NCBI GenBank assembly: GCA_038087875.1
Contig: CM075993.1
Location: 1,614,001 to 1,678,000, forward strand
Reading direction: 5' to 3'
DNA length: 64,000 nt
Source: Malacoraja senta
Lineage: Eukaryota
The translations under genes were made by a program, and so were the position numbers. This document shows positions 47,949 to 61,827 of the stretch, one piece after another. Each line of letters starts with the position of its first letter. Position 1 is the stretch's first letter. Below the pieces are notes generated by a model. That model was not told where the DNA came from. It saw nothing but the letters and a program-made list of their open reading frames with translations, and ran no database searches.

Positions 47949-48429
47949 CAGGATGGTGAAGGCTGCTGGTCGGAGCTTGATGGGTTGCAGCGGATTAGCC
48001 AATGCTTGCGGTGGCCATTGGAGATGAGAGTTGAAGATACCTCCAGCCTTGACCACCACGCTAACCTCACCGCATATCTTAAGGATGGCAGGCAGGAAGC
48101 CCGGATATGTGATCCATCATGGTATTTTATGATGCAAAGATTATTCCACACTTTGTGTACAAGGGTTTGAAGGAACTAATTAATGAAATAAGACGATGAC
48201 TGTCCGAGCCAGAATGATCAGAATCAAGGGATGCAAAATACACATGGCACAATATCAAATGGTAGCCGCCCCCAACAAGGAGAAACACAGACAGTATAAT
48301 GAATGATGTCCACAAGTCTTTGAGTATCACAACAATTTGGGTCAAGGCCACTTATCTCCTGGCAGGAATGCTTCTTCATGTCAATATCAATGCCCCAGAG
48401 TGAAGCACTTCAAATCGAACATGTTAATG

Positions 48430-49472
48430 TAGCAATGTTACAAAATGTTGAGATTTTAAAAATAAAGTCTGCAATTTATCCCATCAGATAAAGCATAAAA
48501 AGAAGTTTAATTTGACACCTAATTCACTTTCATATCTTCAGTATTAAAAAAGTTATGGCCATTTTCATACTCGGAATTTAGCATCTTGTTCCCTATTGCT
48601 TTTCCATTGACTTAACACAAAAGCTGTGATCGAGGACAGTCAAAAGCCCATAACTTTCTTAAAAATTAAGAGAACTGAAAGAAATTTTCAGTTATTATAG
48701 ATTGAAGCATTCTGAAACAAATATGAAACAATCTTACTTAGAAGACATGAAATTAAAGCATATAATTAGTTAGTTACCTAATTATAGCTAATTACAAAAT
48801 TCAATTACTAGATCTAAACATCTATCAATTTCTTAAGAATAGATTAACATTTTTAAATAGCCTGTGTCCAAATAACATTCACACAAGAATTCACAATATA
48901 ACATAATTTTAAAATCTCATTGTCATGAATTTACAGGCCAAATGGAAGGAATTGAATGTTTAATACCTGTAAATTAATGGGCATTTAATTCATCTTGTGA
49001 GTGAGGATTTCTGGAACGCGATCTTTTGGAACATTGATTTGCGGTGAATTTAACCCCGTATCGGCATGAAAAATACTGCCGTTAGTTCGGGGAATAAAAT
49101 CACCGTTTCGCATGAAAAAATGTGAATTAAAGGCTTCTTAAGAAGCACTTTTATACATTAAAAGAAACCACTTTCGTTTACCTGTCCCGTGTGTGAAATC
49201 CGTCCCCGTTATCGGCGTTGACGGCTTCAGGAGCTGATTTTAAAATGACTCCAGGGCTGACATTGTCGATTTAATAAAAATAAAAAATTCACAAAACGCC
49301 CCTAGGAACGATTTTTCAGCAAACGCTTGTACTCCAACGAAATATAATTCAGGACAAGGTAGGAGAAACCCGCGTTTTAAGCCCGCCCCCCCCCCTTAAA
49401 GGCCCCAAAATCGCGCACACGGCCAGTGACAGAATTACAGCGCCATTGAAGGTAAGTTTTGTAACATACCTA
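48430..49472. mobile_element. Unclassified non-autonomous DNA transposon (TAG...CTA ends, 7-bp TSD)
   Basis: Imperfect 16-bp TIR TAG(CA/GT)ATGTTACAAAA; TSD gttaatg at 48423-48429 and 49473-49479; no ORF. Confidence 0.75.
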
Positions 49473-49505
49473 GTTAATGCTTGCCCAAAAAGCAAGTCTT
49501 ATTAT

Positions 49506-49962
49506 AAGGTAGACAAAAATTCTGGAGAAACTCAGCGGGTGAGGCAGCATCTATGGAGCGAAAGAATAGGTGACGTTTCGGGTCGAGATCCTTCTTCAGA
49601 CTGATGTTGGGGGGGGAAGAAAGGAAGAGGTGGAGACAGTAGGCTGTGGGGGAGCGGGGAAGGGGAGGGGAAGGAGGGAGAAAGTAAGGACTACCTGAAA
49701 TTGGAGAAGTCAATGTTCATACCGCTGGGGTGTAAACTACCCAAGTGAAATATGAGGTACTGCTCCTCCAGTTTGCGGTGGGACTCACTCTGCCCATGAA
49801 GGAGGCCCAGGACAGAAAGGTCGGATTCGGAATGGGAGGGGGAGTTGAAGTGCTGAGCCACCGGGAGATCAGGTTGGTTATTGCGAACTGAGCGGAGGTG
49901 TTGGGCGAAGCGATCGCCGAGCCTGCGCTTGGTCTCACCGATGTAGAGCAGTTGACACCTGG
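49506..49962 (-). mobile_element. Penelope-like 3' fragment
   Basis: SRCQLLYIGETKRRLGDRFAQHLRSVRNNQPDLPVAQHFNSPSH...GMNIDFSNFR*, then a pseudo-LTR with a hammerhead-like motif. Confidence 0.9.
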
Positions 49963-51507
49963 AACATTACATTATAAGTCTTATTATAAGTTACCCATTC
50001 ATCAAGTCTTGTTAACTCTTTTGTGCTCAGGCTTTGTTGTTCTCAGAATAATTCTTTCGATAAAAGCAAGGTTTCAGGAAAGAATGTAAAGCAGGCTTAC
50101 AGCGCTAATCACCCTTGACTTCAGCATTAAGCGCCAACTCATGTCGAGCTTGTCAGCAAAGGAGATCTTGAGAAGCCACCCACAATGGGGCAACCTTGGC
50201 TCATTACTTCATTTTCCTTGGCTGCTTTGGCAATTGGTTTTCACAATACTGAACACACAATACCTCACTCAAGCCAATTCTGAAAATAGGTTGATCATTA
50301 ACAACGAGGGAGGGACTGGCAGATGCTGGTTTACACTAGTCTGGAGAAAGGTCTCCACCCGAAACGTCACCCATTCCTTCTCTCCAGAGATGCTGCCTGA
50401 CCCGCTGAGTTACTCCAGCATGTTGTGTCTATAGAGTCAGTGTGGAAACAGGCCCTTCGGCCCAACTTGCCCACACCGACAACCATGTTCCAGCCACACT
50501 AGTCCCACCTGCCCGCATTTGGTCCATTTCCCTCCAAAGCTGTCCTATCCATGTACCTGTCTAACTGTTTCTTTGAACATTAACAGTATCGTTGAACACC
50601 ATGTTTTTTGGGAGATGATGCTGCCTAGGCATTAAATATAGAATGTGTTTAAAGGAACTGCAGATGCTTGTTTGCACTGAAGGTAGACATAAAATGCTGG
50701 AGTAACTCAGCGGGCCAGGCAGCAGCTCTGGAGAGAAGGAATGGGTGACGTTTCGGGTCGAGACCCATCTTTTGGTCGGCATGGACTCGGTGGGCCCAAG
50801 GGCCTGTTTCCACACTATATCTCTAAAACTATCACTAGTATTAAAACACAAAAGGCTGATGGGTGATGTGTATAAGATCATGAGGGGAATAGATCGGGTG
50901 AATGCACAGAATCTTTTACTCAGAGTAGGGGAATCATAAACCAGAGGACATAGGTGAAGGGAAAGATTTTAATGGAACCCGAGGGATTTTTCAATCAGAC
51001 GGTGGTGGGTGTATGGAATGAGCTGCCTGAGGAGGTAGTTGACTAGGTCGGTCAAGAGTTGAGTTTATTACCTAGATACTGAGTGTGCGCTGCACTGTCC
51101 AAGTGTTGAGCCAAGCTGTCAGAGTGAGTGGTCGAGGCAGGTACAATAACAGCATTTAAAAGACATTTGGACAGGTACATGGATAGGAAAGGTTAAGGGG
51201 GATATGGGTCAAACACAGGTCAGTGGATGACCTGGTGGTCCTGGGGTGGAATGTCTGGTTGAGACCAGCGATGATATCAGGAGCGGGATGGTTACTTCCC
51301 ACCCCACGTTCCACCCACTGGCTTCCACCGCAGTTAGAATGTCCTGTACAATTTCAAACATTAGTGGTGGGGGTTAGCACCTTATCTCGGCTGCATTCCA
51401 GTCGGCAGCCAAAGTTGGATAATTCAGGAGTTATGAGCTTAGGTATACGTAGCAGGCACAAACTCAAACAGTTTTCAGAGCCAGGCTCCAGAATAACAAA
51501 CAGAGCT

Positions 51508-51693
51508 TTTAAGAAGGAACTGCAGATGCTGGAAAATCGAAGGTAGACAAAAGTGCTGGAGAAACTCAACAGGTGCAGCAGCATCTATGGAGCGAAGGAA
51601 ATAGGTAACGTTTCAGGCCCGAAACGTTGCCTATTTCCTTCGCTCCAAGATGCTGCTGCACCCGCTGAGTTTCTCCAGCACTTTTGTCTAACT
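51508..51693. mobile_element. Inverted Penelope pseudo-LTR pair with TSD
   Basis: Inverted arms; TSD aacagagct at 51499-51507 and 51694-51702. Confidence 0.8.
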
Positions 51694-54600
51694 AACAGAG
51701 CTGTCTACTGACATTCTTTGGGGCACGGTGGCGCAGTGGTCGAGCTGCTGCCTTCCAGTGCTGGAGACCCGGGTTTGATCCTGACTACACAGAGTGTGAA
51801 ACAGCTGAACATGGTCAGGCTGGGGATAAGGTCCGATGGAATTCCATCAGCAATGTCTAGAGCTGGGACAATTGACCATCAATCAGCACAACCACAATGA
51901 CTCTGTATGAATGATTCTACGCCAGCATGGGTGTGGGGACATTGAGAGGTGGCTTGTCGGTTACACAGTGTAGCCATTGTAAATGTGTAGATCAATAGAA
52001 CCTACGTCGGACTCAAAACATTTCAGAAAAATGATGTAATTGTAGCTGTAAACACTGCACTGAGTCACCTGCTGTTATCGTTGTTCCTAAGGATATAAAA
52101 CCCGATGTACTTTGAGTTCAGAGAGGCTCTACGGAGAGTGTCTCCAAGAGTGTTTCCACAGGGTGGTGAATCTGTGGAATTCTTTGCCACAGAAGATTGT
52201 GGAGGCCAAGTCAATGAATGATTTTCAGGTGGAGATTGATAGATTCTTGATTAGTACGGGTGTCAGGGGTTATGGGAAGAAGGCAGGAGAATGGGGTTAG
52301 GAGGAAGAGATAGGTCAGTTATGATTGAATGGCGGAGTAGACTTGATGGGCTGAATGGCCTAATTCCGCTCCTAGAACTTACAAACATGACCGACTGCTG
52401 CTCATTGTGCCAAATACCTTTGACATCATTTTTTTCCAAATATAAACTTTATTCAGAATAAAAAATATTTTCAGAACATATACAAAATAAGAAGATAGAC
52501 ACAAAAAGCTAGAGTAACCGAGCAGATCAGTCAGCATCTCTGGAGAAAAGGAATAGATGACATTTTTAGACAAGACCGTTCTCATTTCCCTTTCTCCTGA
52601 TTCTCAGACTGAATGGGGATCGCTGGCCAGCACGGACTCGATGGGCTGAATGGCCTGTTTCCGCACTATAGCTCCAAAATCTAAATCATGGTTCATACTA
52701 GTCTGAATAGTGGGAAGTAATACCTTCTGTTCTATACTCAGTTTTAGCAGTGTCGATTGAAGTCGGGGGGGGGGGGAGAGGTGTGTGTTTTTAGTTTAGT
52801 TTAGAGATACAGCGCAGAAACAGGCCCTTCGGCCCACCGAGTCTGTGCCAACCAGCGATCCCCGCACTAATACTATCCTACACACACTAGGGACAATTTA
52901 CATTTATACCAAGCCAATTAACCTACAAACCTGTACGTCTTTGGAGTGTGAGAGGAGACCGAAGATCTCGGAGAAAACCCACGCAGATGGCGGGGAGAAC
53001 GTAAAAACTCCGTACAGACAGCACCCATAGTCGGGACCATTGCTGCCGATTGTCTGCTGTAACCATAAAGCATAGGAGCAGAATTCAGTCACTCAGCCCA
53101 TCAACTCTGCTCCGCCATTTGGTCAGGGCTGATCTATTTTTCTCTCTCAATCCCGTTCTCTTGCCTTTTCCCCGTAGCCTTTGATTATCGAGTAGAGATC
53201 TCCTTGCCTGTAAATGTAATATGTGACCTGACCCTAACCAATGTGCACTTGACCTGAGCATTCAGTGGCAAGAAATGTAATGATGTTGCCCAAGTATTTG
53301 CATGCCAATACAATTAAGCAAATTGTGCAGACGTGGATAAAGCACTGAAGCAGGCAACACAGACACAGTTCCAAATGTCTCATCACCCAACGTGACTGAA
53401 CAGCGGGTAGAGCCACTGCCTGACGGCGCCAGAGACCCGGGTTCAATCCTGACCTCAGGTGCTTAGAAACATAGAAAATAGGTGCATGAGTAGGCCATTC
53501 GGCCCATCGAGCCAGCACCGCCATTCAATATGGTCATGGCTGATCATCCAGAATCAGTACCCCGTTCCTGCCTTCTCCCCATATCCCTTGATTCCGTTAG
53601 CCCTAAGAACTATATCTAAATCTCTCTTGAATACATTGTGCTGTCTGTGGAGTTTGCACGTTCTCATGGATTTTCTCCAAGGGTTTTAAGAGTCAATAGT
53701 CCAGAGTGTTTGATTATCACGAGTGCTGAAAACAGAAGCATGAAGTTGTTACTTGCAGTGGCACAACAGCCCTGTGTGACAAGGGTGTATCACTGATTCA
53801 TCTGGCCACAGTGTCCCTGGCATTAACTTGCATCCCAGAAATATTGTCCCAGGAGATAGTACTTCCATCACCCTGTGATGCTCCTGGACTGATGGCAGGT
53901 CTCTGGCGCTGTGAGGCAGTGGCTCTACCAGTTGCGCCTCCTACCACCCATTCCCTGCATCCATCCAGCCATTCTGTGCTGAACAGCCAGGACTCTGGTG
54001 AATCACACTTGCCCGTCTACATTAACTCTCACAAAAATTGGATTGTGTGGCCCTTGCTTCTTGCCAGACAGCTAAGCAAATTCCACCGTGATATACATAC
54101 TCCAATTAACGTAGCAACATGTGCAGGAAAGAACTGCAGATGCTGGTTTAAATAGAAGGTAGACACAAAATGCTGGAGTAACTCAGCGGGACAGGCAGCA
54201 TCTCTGGAGAGAAGGAATGGGAGATGTTTCGGGTCTGAAGAAGGGTCCCGACCCGAAACGTCACCTATGCGTGTCCTCCAGAGATGATTACATGCTGAGT
54301 TACTCCAACACTTTGTGTTCAACACAAGATTCCAGCATCTGCAGTTCCTTGTGTCTGTGAAAAAGGTTCACTTCTTAATAAACAGACAACTTACAAAACG
54401 GTTAGGTGGACCAATTCAAGCTTTACTGATTATCAGCCGATGGAAGTGGCGAGGATACCAGCCAAGTAAGCAACACAGACAATTGACTTTCCTCCTGTGT
54501 CACCACTTCAATGAACAAAGAATTACATAGTATTTTATACTACGTTTTTGTCACCTAAGCACATACCAAAGATGTTAGTCATGGTCAGAGATACAGTCAT

Positions 54601-55009
54601 ACACATTACCACAGGATGTGCCTGAGTTTGTCTCTTGTCAATCAGCAGTCGCATATCAAAGGCATCCTATCAGTTGGTACTTTCAAGACAAGACATTTCA
54701 AAGGCATCGGACATTGTCTCAATGCCCCTCACTGGGACTAGTCAGGGCTTCTCTCTCTCATCAATTGGTAGACGCATTTCAAAGTAATCGGTCTTTGTCT
54801 CAATACACAGCAACCTGGGGCAAGCCTGGGCTTGTCTCAAAGTTATAACCTAGTCCTGGAACCCAAAATATATTTTTTATATATTTAACAGCATTTAGCC
54901 TTGTCATCTGGATTCCAGATTCTCCCCAATTTTTGTGTTGAGATTTTTCTCTTATGTTAAGTCTGAGTCTTTTATACGTAGAACAGCACTCCTGGGATCA
55001 GGCCCTAAA

Positions 55010-56010
55010 AGGAGGAGGAGCCATGTTGGGGAACGGCTGCTAAGCAACAGCCGTCCGTTTAATTCACTTTTTAAAAATAGTTTCAGTGTGTCCAGTGTCT
55101 CGTCCGTTGGAGTAATCTACTTTTAAATGTAAGGTGAATTGGGGTAACTATATTCTAGGTCCCTACCTGGTCGGTGAGGCAGCTTTTTCTCCGGGCTGCC
55201 CCGTCGACCCGTCCTCGTGGCCTACCAGTGGGCCTGGAGCGCCGTTTCCTGACGGGGACTGCCCAGCACCTTCAGCTTCGATTGGCGGCACAGCACTGGA
55301 ACGCTATCGTGGAGCGGAGCGGACGATGCCTTGCCTGGGTCGCCGCGCTGGAGCGACACGCTGGAGCTCCGGTATGCGGTGACCACCGAGCTCAACACCT
55401 CCGGGCTGCGGGTCTGTGGAGCGACCAGCCGCGGGCGGCGGCGCCGACTTTCAACATCGGGAGCCTCGGAACTCCAAATCGGCGCGGCCTTGTTGGCTTC
55501 AGGTGCCACGGACTCCGGTAGGAAACCGGCCGTTCCAGCCGTCCCAGCCGCTGCGAGGACTCTCCCGACGCCGGGGCAACAACACCCGGTGAGAACGGCC
55601 AGGAACATCGGGCCTCTGCAGAGGCAACTGTGGAGGCCTCAATAGGCCTGACTTTGGGTGAACTGGGGTTGGGGACTGGACATTGTGCCTTCCCCCACAG
55701 TGGTAATCATTGTGGGGGGATGATTTTGTGTGTAATGTGAAGTGTCTATGTTAGTCTATGTCCAACATGGCGGTCGGAAGGGAGAGTGTACGCTGGCGCG
55801 GTTTGGCTGCCGCTGCTCTCCCTTCACATTGTGTTTCTGAATTTTGTTGTTGTCTTTTTTGGATCGAATTTCTGTCTTTAATTTATGTATTGGTGATGTT
55901 CTTTATAACTTATTTTATTCTGATTATATGTTTCTTTGTTAAATTTTGTAAGGTGTCCTTGAGACTTTTGTATAGGCACCCTTAAATAAAATCTATTATT
56001 ATTATTATTA
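55010..56010 (+). mobile_element. GC-rich non-autonomous retroelement with L2-like 3' tail
   Basis: CpG-rich non-coding body; 3' end gtaaggtgtccttgag...aaataaaatc(tat)n typical of L2-type ends; shared hairpin at 55690-55720; 5' boundary approximate. Confidence 0.55.
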
Positions 56011-58157
56011 TAATATCAGCATTGAACATTATGCCAACTTAAACTGATCTCCTCCACCTGCACTGAATCCAAATCCCTCCATTCCGTACATATCAATGAG
56101 TCTATCCAAAAGCCTTTTAAATACCACGATCTTTTCTGCTTCCTTCACCACCGAAAATAGTGCCAAACCTAGGTTAAGAACTGTTAATAGACACAAAATG
56201 CTGAGGTAACTCAGCGGGTCAGGCAGCATCTGTGGAGAGAAGGAATAGGTGATGTTTCAGGTCGAGACTGTTAAGATTTCAATGCCAGGCCACATCACTG
56301 ATGTACATATATGAAAGAATGAATAGTTTATTCATTCTGTGTTAATTAATCACAAATATTATTTATTAAATGGGTTCATTGAAACTCCTTGTTTGATTGC
56401 AATGGTTCCGTGTTGCTTGTTATCAGGCTTCTGAATGGACCTTCCATAAACTAGGGTACTGTCAGATTCATCTCTACCCCAGTGTGGACATTAGACCTTA
56501 TCGCTAGAACTGTTGCGCTACAATGCTGAGAACTATATTCTGCACCCAGTATTTTCGCACTTCTCTACCTATTGTACTTGAGATTTGCCTGATTGTATCT
56601 ACAATATGTGTAGTATTATCCGAAGATAGACACACAGTGCTGGAGTAACTCAGCGGGCCAGGCAGCATCTCTGGAGAGAAGGAATGGGTGACGTTTCAGG
56701 TCGTGACCCTTCTGATTTAATTGGATAGTGCGTAAAATAAAGCTTCTCTTTATTTTGATACAGGTGACAATAATAAGCCTAAACCTAGGCCAGTCCGAAG
56801 AATGGTCTCGACCCGAATCGTCACCCGTTCCTTCTCTCCAGAGATGCTGCCTGTCCCGCTGAGTTACTCCAGCTTTTTGTGTCTATCTTTGGTCTAAACC
56901 TAAACATTCAGAAGTTCCTCAAATGACCTTAAAAATTAGATTGAAAACCAAACAGTGTAAACAAGAGGTCAACAACAAACACGTCTGCAGAGAGTACGTG
57001 CCCCAGGTTAAAATGGCAATATCAACCAGGGGCATTTTCCATGTATTTCAGTCATAGTGTGGTCTTAGACAAAGGGTTGAATAAGTAAGCTTATTGTCAC
57101 CAAAGATTATCGCTCAGCCACTGACTATACCCCACCTCTTGTGACACCCTCAACTTGAGCGACCACATTCAAGCTAATGTTGAAACTGTGTCTGCTTGTG
57201 GTTGGGTCGAGTTTCCACCAACTGATCTTGGCTTGTTGACGTTTCTTGCCAAGAATAGCCCAAACTGAGACGTAATAGCAAGAATCGGTGATCGAGGGCA
57301 ATCTGGTGGAGACTCGCATACGTGCGATTAAAAACATAGAATATCGAACAGTGCAGCCCAGGAAGAGGCCCTTCAGCCCACAATCTTTAGTTTAGTTTAG
57401 AGATACAGCATGGAAGCAGGCCCTTTGGCCCACTGAGTCCGCACCGACCAGCGATCCCCGCACATTAACACTATCCTACACACACTAGCGACAATTTACA
57501 AGCCGTTCAGTTTAGTTTAGAGATAGTGCTGAAGCAGGCCCTTCAGCCCACCGAGTCCGCACTGACCAGCCATCCCCGCACTCTAACACCATCCTACACA
57601 CACTCGGAACAATTTACAATGATCCCAAGCAAATGAGCCTTTTTCGAGACCCTTCTTCAGACTAGCTCAGCTCACTGGAGCAGTGGGGCAGCAGCTCTAC
57701 CTGTTACACCACAGTATGTCTTGCATTCCACTCACTACAGCCCCTCATGATCCACCACGGCATATTGTCTATCAGCCTGGGAAGCAGGCCATTTGGCCCA
57801 CCAAGTTCATTCCGCCCAACATGCCCCATCTAAGTTAGTTCCATATGCCTGAGTTTGGCCCATATTTCTCTTGAACGTTCTTGTCCATTTACCTGTCCAA
57901 ATGTTGTTATTGTACCTATCTCAACTATCTCCTCTGCATCTTCCCCACTCGTCCCACCAGGCAGATGTTCATCCTCCACCCAGGTTCTGTTGAAGGTCAA
58001 CAGGACTGTCTGCACAGTTGATATCCCTGAGCTGAGCTTCCAAGAGTCACGAGTGTTTAATTGCCGTATGCACCAGTTACAAACCAGAACAATAACATTC
58101 CCATTTGGTGCAGCTTTACACACATGAAATGTTACAACAAAAAATAAATATACTGCC

Positions 58158-58465
58158 TGGGCAGCAGTGGTGCAGCGGTAGTTGCTGCCTCACAGCGCCA
58201 GAGATCTGGGTTCGATCCTGACCACGGGTACTCTCTGTACAGAGTTTGTGTGATCTCCCCGTGACCTGCGTGGGTTTTCTTCGGGTGCTCCGATTTCCTC
58301 CCACACTCCAAAGACGTACAGGTTTGTAGGCTAATTTGCTTGGTATAATTGTAAATTGTCCCTAGTGTGTGTAGGATGGTGTTAGTGTGCGGGGATGGCT
58401 GGTCAGCGTAGACTCGGTGGGCCGAAGGGCCTGCTTCAGCTCTGTGCCTCTAAACCAAACTGAAC
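58158..58465 (+). mobile_element. V-SINE (HE1-like), full length
   Basis: B box gggttcgatcc, V-domain and CR1-like tail. Confidence 0.85.
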
Positions 58466-60109
58466 AAGAGTTCCAACTAGAAACGTCACCGTTACATGTT
58501 CTCCAGAGGTGCTGCCTGACCCGCTGAGTAACTCCAGCATTTTGTGTCTATCTTTAGTATAAACCAGCATCTGCAGTTACGTGTTATTACATCGAGCCCT
58601 GTCCCAGGAAGGGCAGGATGGGACCCGACACTGAGCCTTGTTTGATGATCACACTGATGTTCAGGAGCAGGGTGATCTCTAAAGGACCAGGTTAGAGGAG
58701 AGGGGTGGATGATGATGGGGTACAGGGTGAGAGTTCACGAGCCCAGGAAGAGGGATAGTTTAAGGCATGGCCACTTACCGTGGAAGGGGGTGGAAAACAA
58801 GAATGTGCAAGAAGTGGAGAGGTGTTGGAGGATATTTCAGGAGACTGACAAGACAATAGGTGCAGGAGTTGGCCATTCGGCCCTTCGAGCCAGCACCGCC
58901 ATTCAATGTGATCACTGATCATCCCCAATCAGTACCCCGTTCCTGCCTTCTCCTCATATCCCCTGACTCCGCTATTTTTAAGAGCCCTATCTAGTTCTCT
59001 TGAAAGTATCCAGAGAACCAGCCTCCACCGCCCTCTGAGGCAGAGAATTCCAGATTCACAACTCTCTGTGTGAAAAAGTGTTTCCTCGTCTCCGTTCTAA
59101 ATGGCTTACCCCTTATTCTTAAACTGAGGCCCCTGGTTCTGAACTCCCCCAAGTCCAGAACCCTGTCCTCAAGTTGTGATCCGTTTCAGCCAGGTATCTG
59201 AAAGCGTTGCTTCACATCTGCGCCCACATCCTGACTGTTCTAATCTCCTAACCGAATGCTGGTTAAAGTTGCTCCAAAGCAAAAAAAGACTTATCTACAG
59301 GAAATAGCACTCACCACCAAAATCCTAGTTATTGGGATAACTTTTGTGTGTCCAACTTAAAACCATTGTTCTTGCTTTACCTTCCCTGACATGGTAGATA
59401 CTCCTCCTGTGATGATACTTGCCACATTGATGTAAAATAACCCCCTGGAGTGTGCTTTTAAATCTTCCATGTCACTATGGGAAAGTCTAGGACTAGATGC
59501 CATTGTCTCAGAATTAAAGTACGGTCCTTTAGGAAGATGAGGAGGAATTTCTTTAGTCAGAGGGTGGTGAATCTGTGGAATTCTTTGCCACAGAAGGCTG
59601 CGGAGGCCAAGTCAATGGATAGGTGATGTTTCAGGTCGGGACCTTCCTTCAGGCCGTGCGTCTACCTTATCTGTCCCCCTCATGATCGTATACACCTGTA
59701 TAAAATTGCCTCGCAGCCTCCTGCGCTCCAAGGAATAAAGTCCTAGTCTGCCTAATCTCTCCCTATAACTCAAGTCCTTGCAATACTAATGAGTTGAACA
59801 ACTGTAACATGACTGTCCAACCCCTACACTCAATAAGTGCAGGAAGGAACTGCAGACGCTGGTTTGAACTGAAGAGCAACTTAACGGGTCAGACAGCATC
59901 TCTGAAGAGAAGGAATAGATGATGTTTTTCGGGTTGAGACCATTCTTCAGACCGAGGTAGGGTCTCGACCTGAAACGTCACCTATTCCTTTTCTCCAGAG
60001 ATGCTGTCTGACCCGCTGAGTTACTCCAGCATTTAGTGTATCTTCCATACTCAATTATCTTCCATACTCAATACCCCGACTGATGAAGGCCAATGTACTG
60101 AAAGCCTTA

Positions 60110-60525
60110 AGGGGCTGTCCCACTTGGGTGACCTAATCCGCGAGTTCTGCCGAGTTTGCCCTCGACTCATACTTGCAGCATGGTCGACACGAGGTCCTAG
60201 GAGGTCTTTGTAACTCTCCTTCATGCTCGAGAGTAGTCCCCGCGTACTCGAGGCCTCAGCTCGGTCGCGGCGTATTTTTCAACATGCTGAAAAATGCCTG
60301 CGAGTAAAAAAAGATCGCCATGGAGAAAATCAATACTTTTTTTACTCGTAGGTTTAGTCAAAGTAGGTCGTACTAGGTCGGCATGTTATTCGTAGGTAAT
60401 CGAGGGTAGTCGAAGGTAATCGAAGGTAGTCGTAGATAGTCTTCAACAGTCGAAGGTCTTCAACATGACACTTTTTCAAACTCTCCTAAACTCGCCAATT
60501 AGGTTGCCGCAGTGGGACAGCCCCT
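60110..60525. mobile_element. PIF/Harbinger-type MITE
   Basis: TIR AGGGGCTGTCCCACT; TTA TSD at 60107-60109 and 60526-60528; inserted in a minus-strand CR1 fragment. Confidence 0.82.
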
Positions 60526-61275
60526 TTAATCACCCTATCCACCTGTGATGCCAATTTCAAGGAACTATGAACTCCTAGATCTCTCTGGTGTACAACACTC
60601 CCCAGAGCCCAGCCATTCACTGAGAGGGTCCTGACCTGAGTTTGACTTTCCTAAATTCAACACTTCCAAAACGCCATGTTCCATTTCTCAGCCCACTTGG
60701 CCGACTGGTCAAGATCATTCTGTAATCTTTGATGACCATCACCACAAGCTCCAATACCACCTACTTTAATGTCATCTGCAAACGTATACTTTCAAAGGTC
60801 CATACTTTCACGAAGTGGGACCTACACACTTACTGAGGAATTATAGGGCAGTTTCAAAGAATGAGGGTGTTTTCTAAGGCCAGTCATATTAAAACAACTT
60901 TTTCGGGCTGTGCGGATATATTTTTATTACTGCTGCTGTGCCTCTGTAAGGCTGTGGCTGTGCAATTGTTCCAAGCAGTCTTGCACTTTCTGTATGATTG
61001 TTGATACCTCTGCCATTCCCCCTTTACCTACATAAGGAGCAAAACACAGCAGTCAGTATCAGACATGGTGAAAATAGACAATAGACACTAGGTGTAGGAG
61101 GAGGCCATTCGTCCCTTCGAGCCAGCACCGCCATTCACTGTGATCATGGCTGATCATCCACAATCAGTACCCCATTCCTGCCTTCTCCCCATATCCCTTG
61201 ACTCCGCTATCTTTAAGAGCTCTATCTAACTCTCTCTCGAAAGCATCCGGAGAATTGGCCTCCACTGCTCTGACT

Positions 61276-61827
61276 CGTGTCCGGACATGGCGTCGAAGGA
61301 CGTGAAGCCGAAGCAAAGAAGTCAAAGCCAAATAGCCGAATGGAAACAAAGACGAAACGCCAATGAACCGAAAGGGCGGGACTCCGAAAAGTGAACTAAC
61401 CGAAAGGCTGCGTCGCCTACAAGCCAGCTAACCGAATGCCGCTCTGACGAAGTCAAATAATGGCTTGTGTGGGAAAATGACCCCCATCCTCCCGTCCCCA
61501 CTGGCCAGTGATGTGATGGACGCGGGGGTCTGAAACAATCGCTGACAAGTCCCGCCCCCCGGCAATGTCATGTCCGTTATTTGACTTTTCGGCAGAGCGG
61601 CATTCGGTTTGTTGGCTTGTAGGCGACGCAGCCTTTCAGTTAGGTGGCGTTTCGGCAGAGCGGCCATTCGGTGAGTTTGCTTTTAGGCGACGCAGCCTTT
61701 CGGTTAGTTGGCTTTTAGGCGTCCAGTGCTTTTGGTTTGTTGGCGTTTCGGCTTCGTTTCCATTCGGCTATGTGGCTTCGACCTCTTTGCTTCGGCTTTT
61801 CGTCCTTCGACGCCACATCCGGGTACC
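61276..61827. mobile_element. Mutator-like (MULE)/foldback non-autonomous element
   Basis: About 185-bp imperfect TIRs built of ~15-nt CCGAA-containing subrepeats; 9-bp TSD (g/t)ctctgact at 61267-61275 and 61828-61836. Confidence 0.8.

Noticed and set aside
55134..55645. Overlapping 80-130-aa ORFs in GC-rich sequence (also at 62422-63157)
   Set aside because: Low stop-codon frequency in GC-rich repeat bodies explains them; no domain signature.
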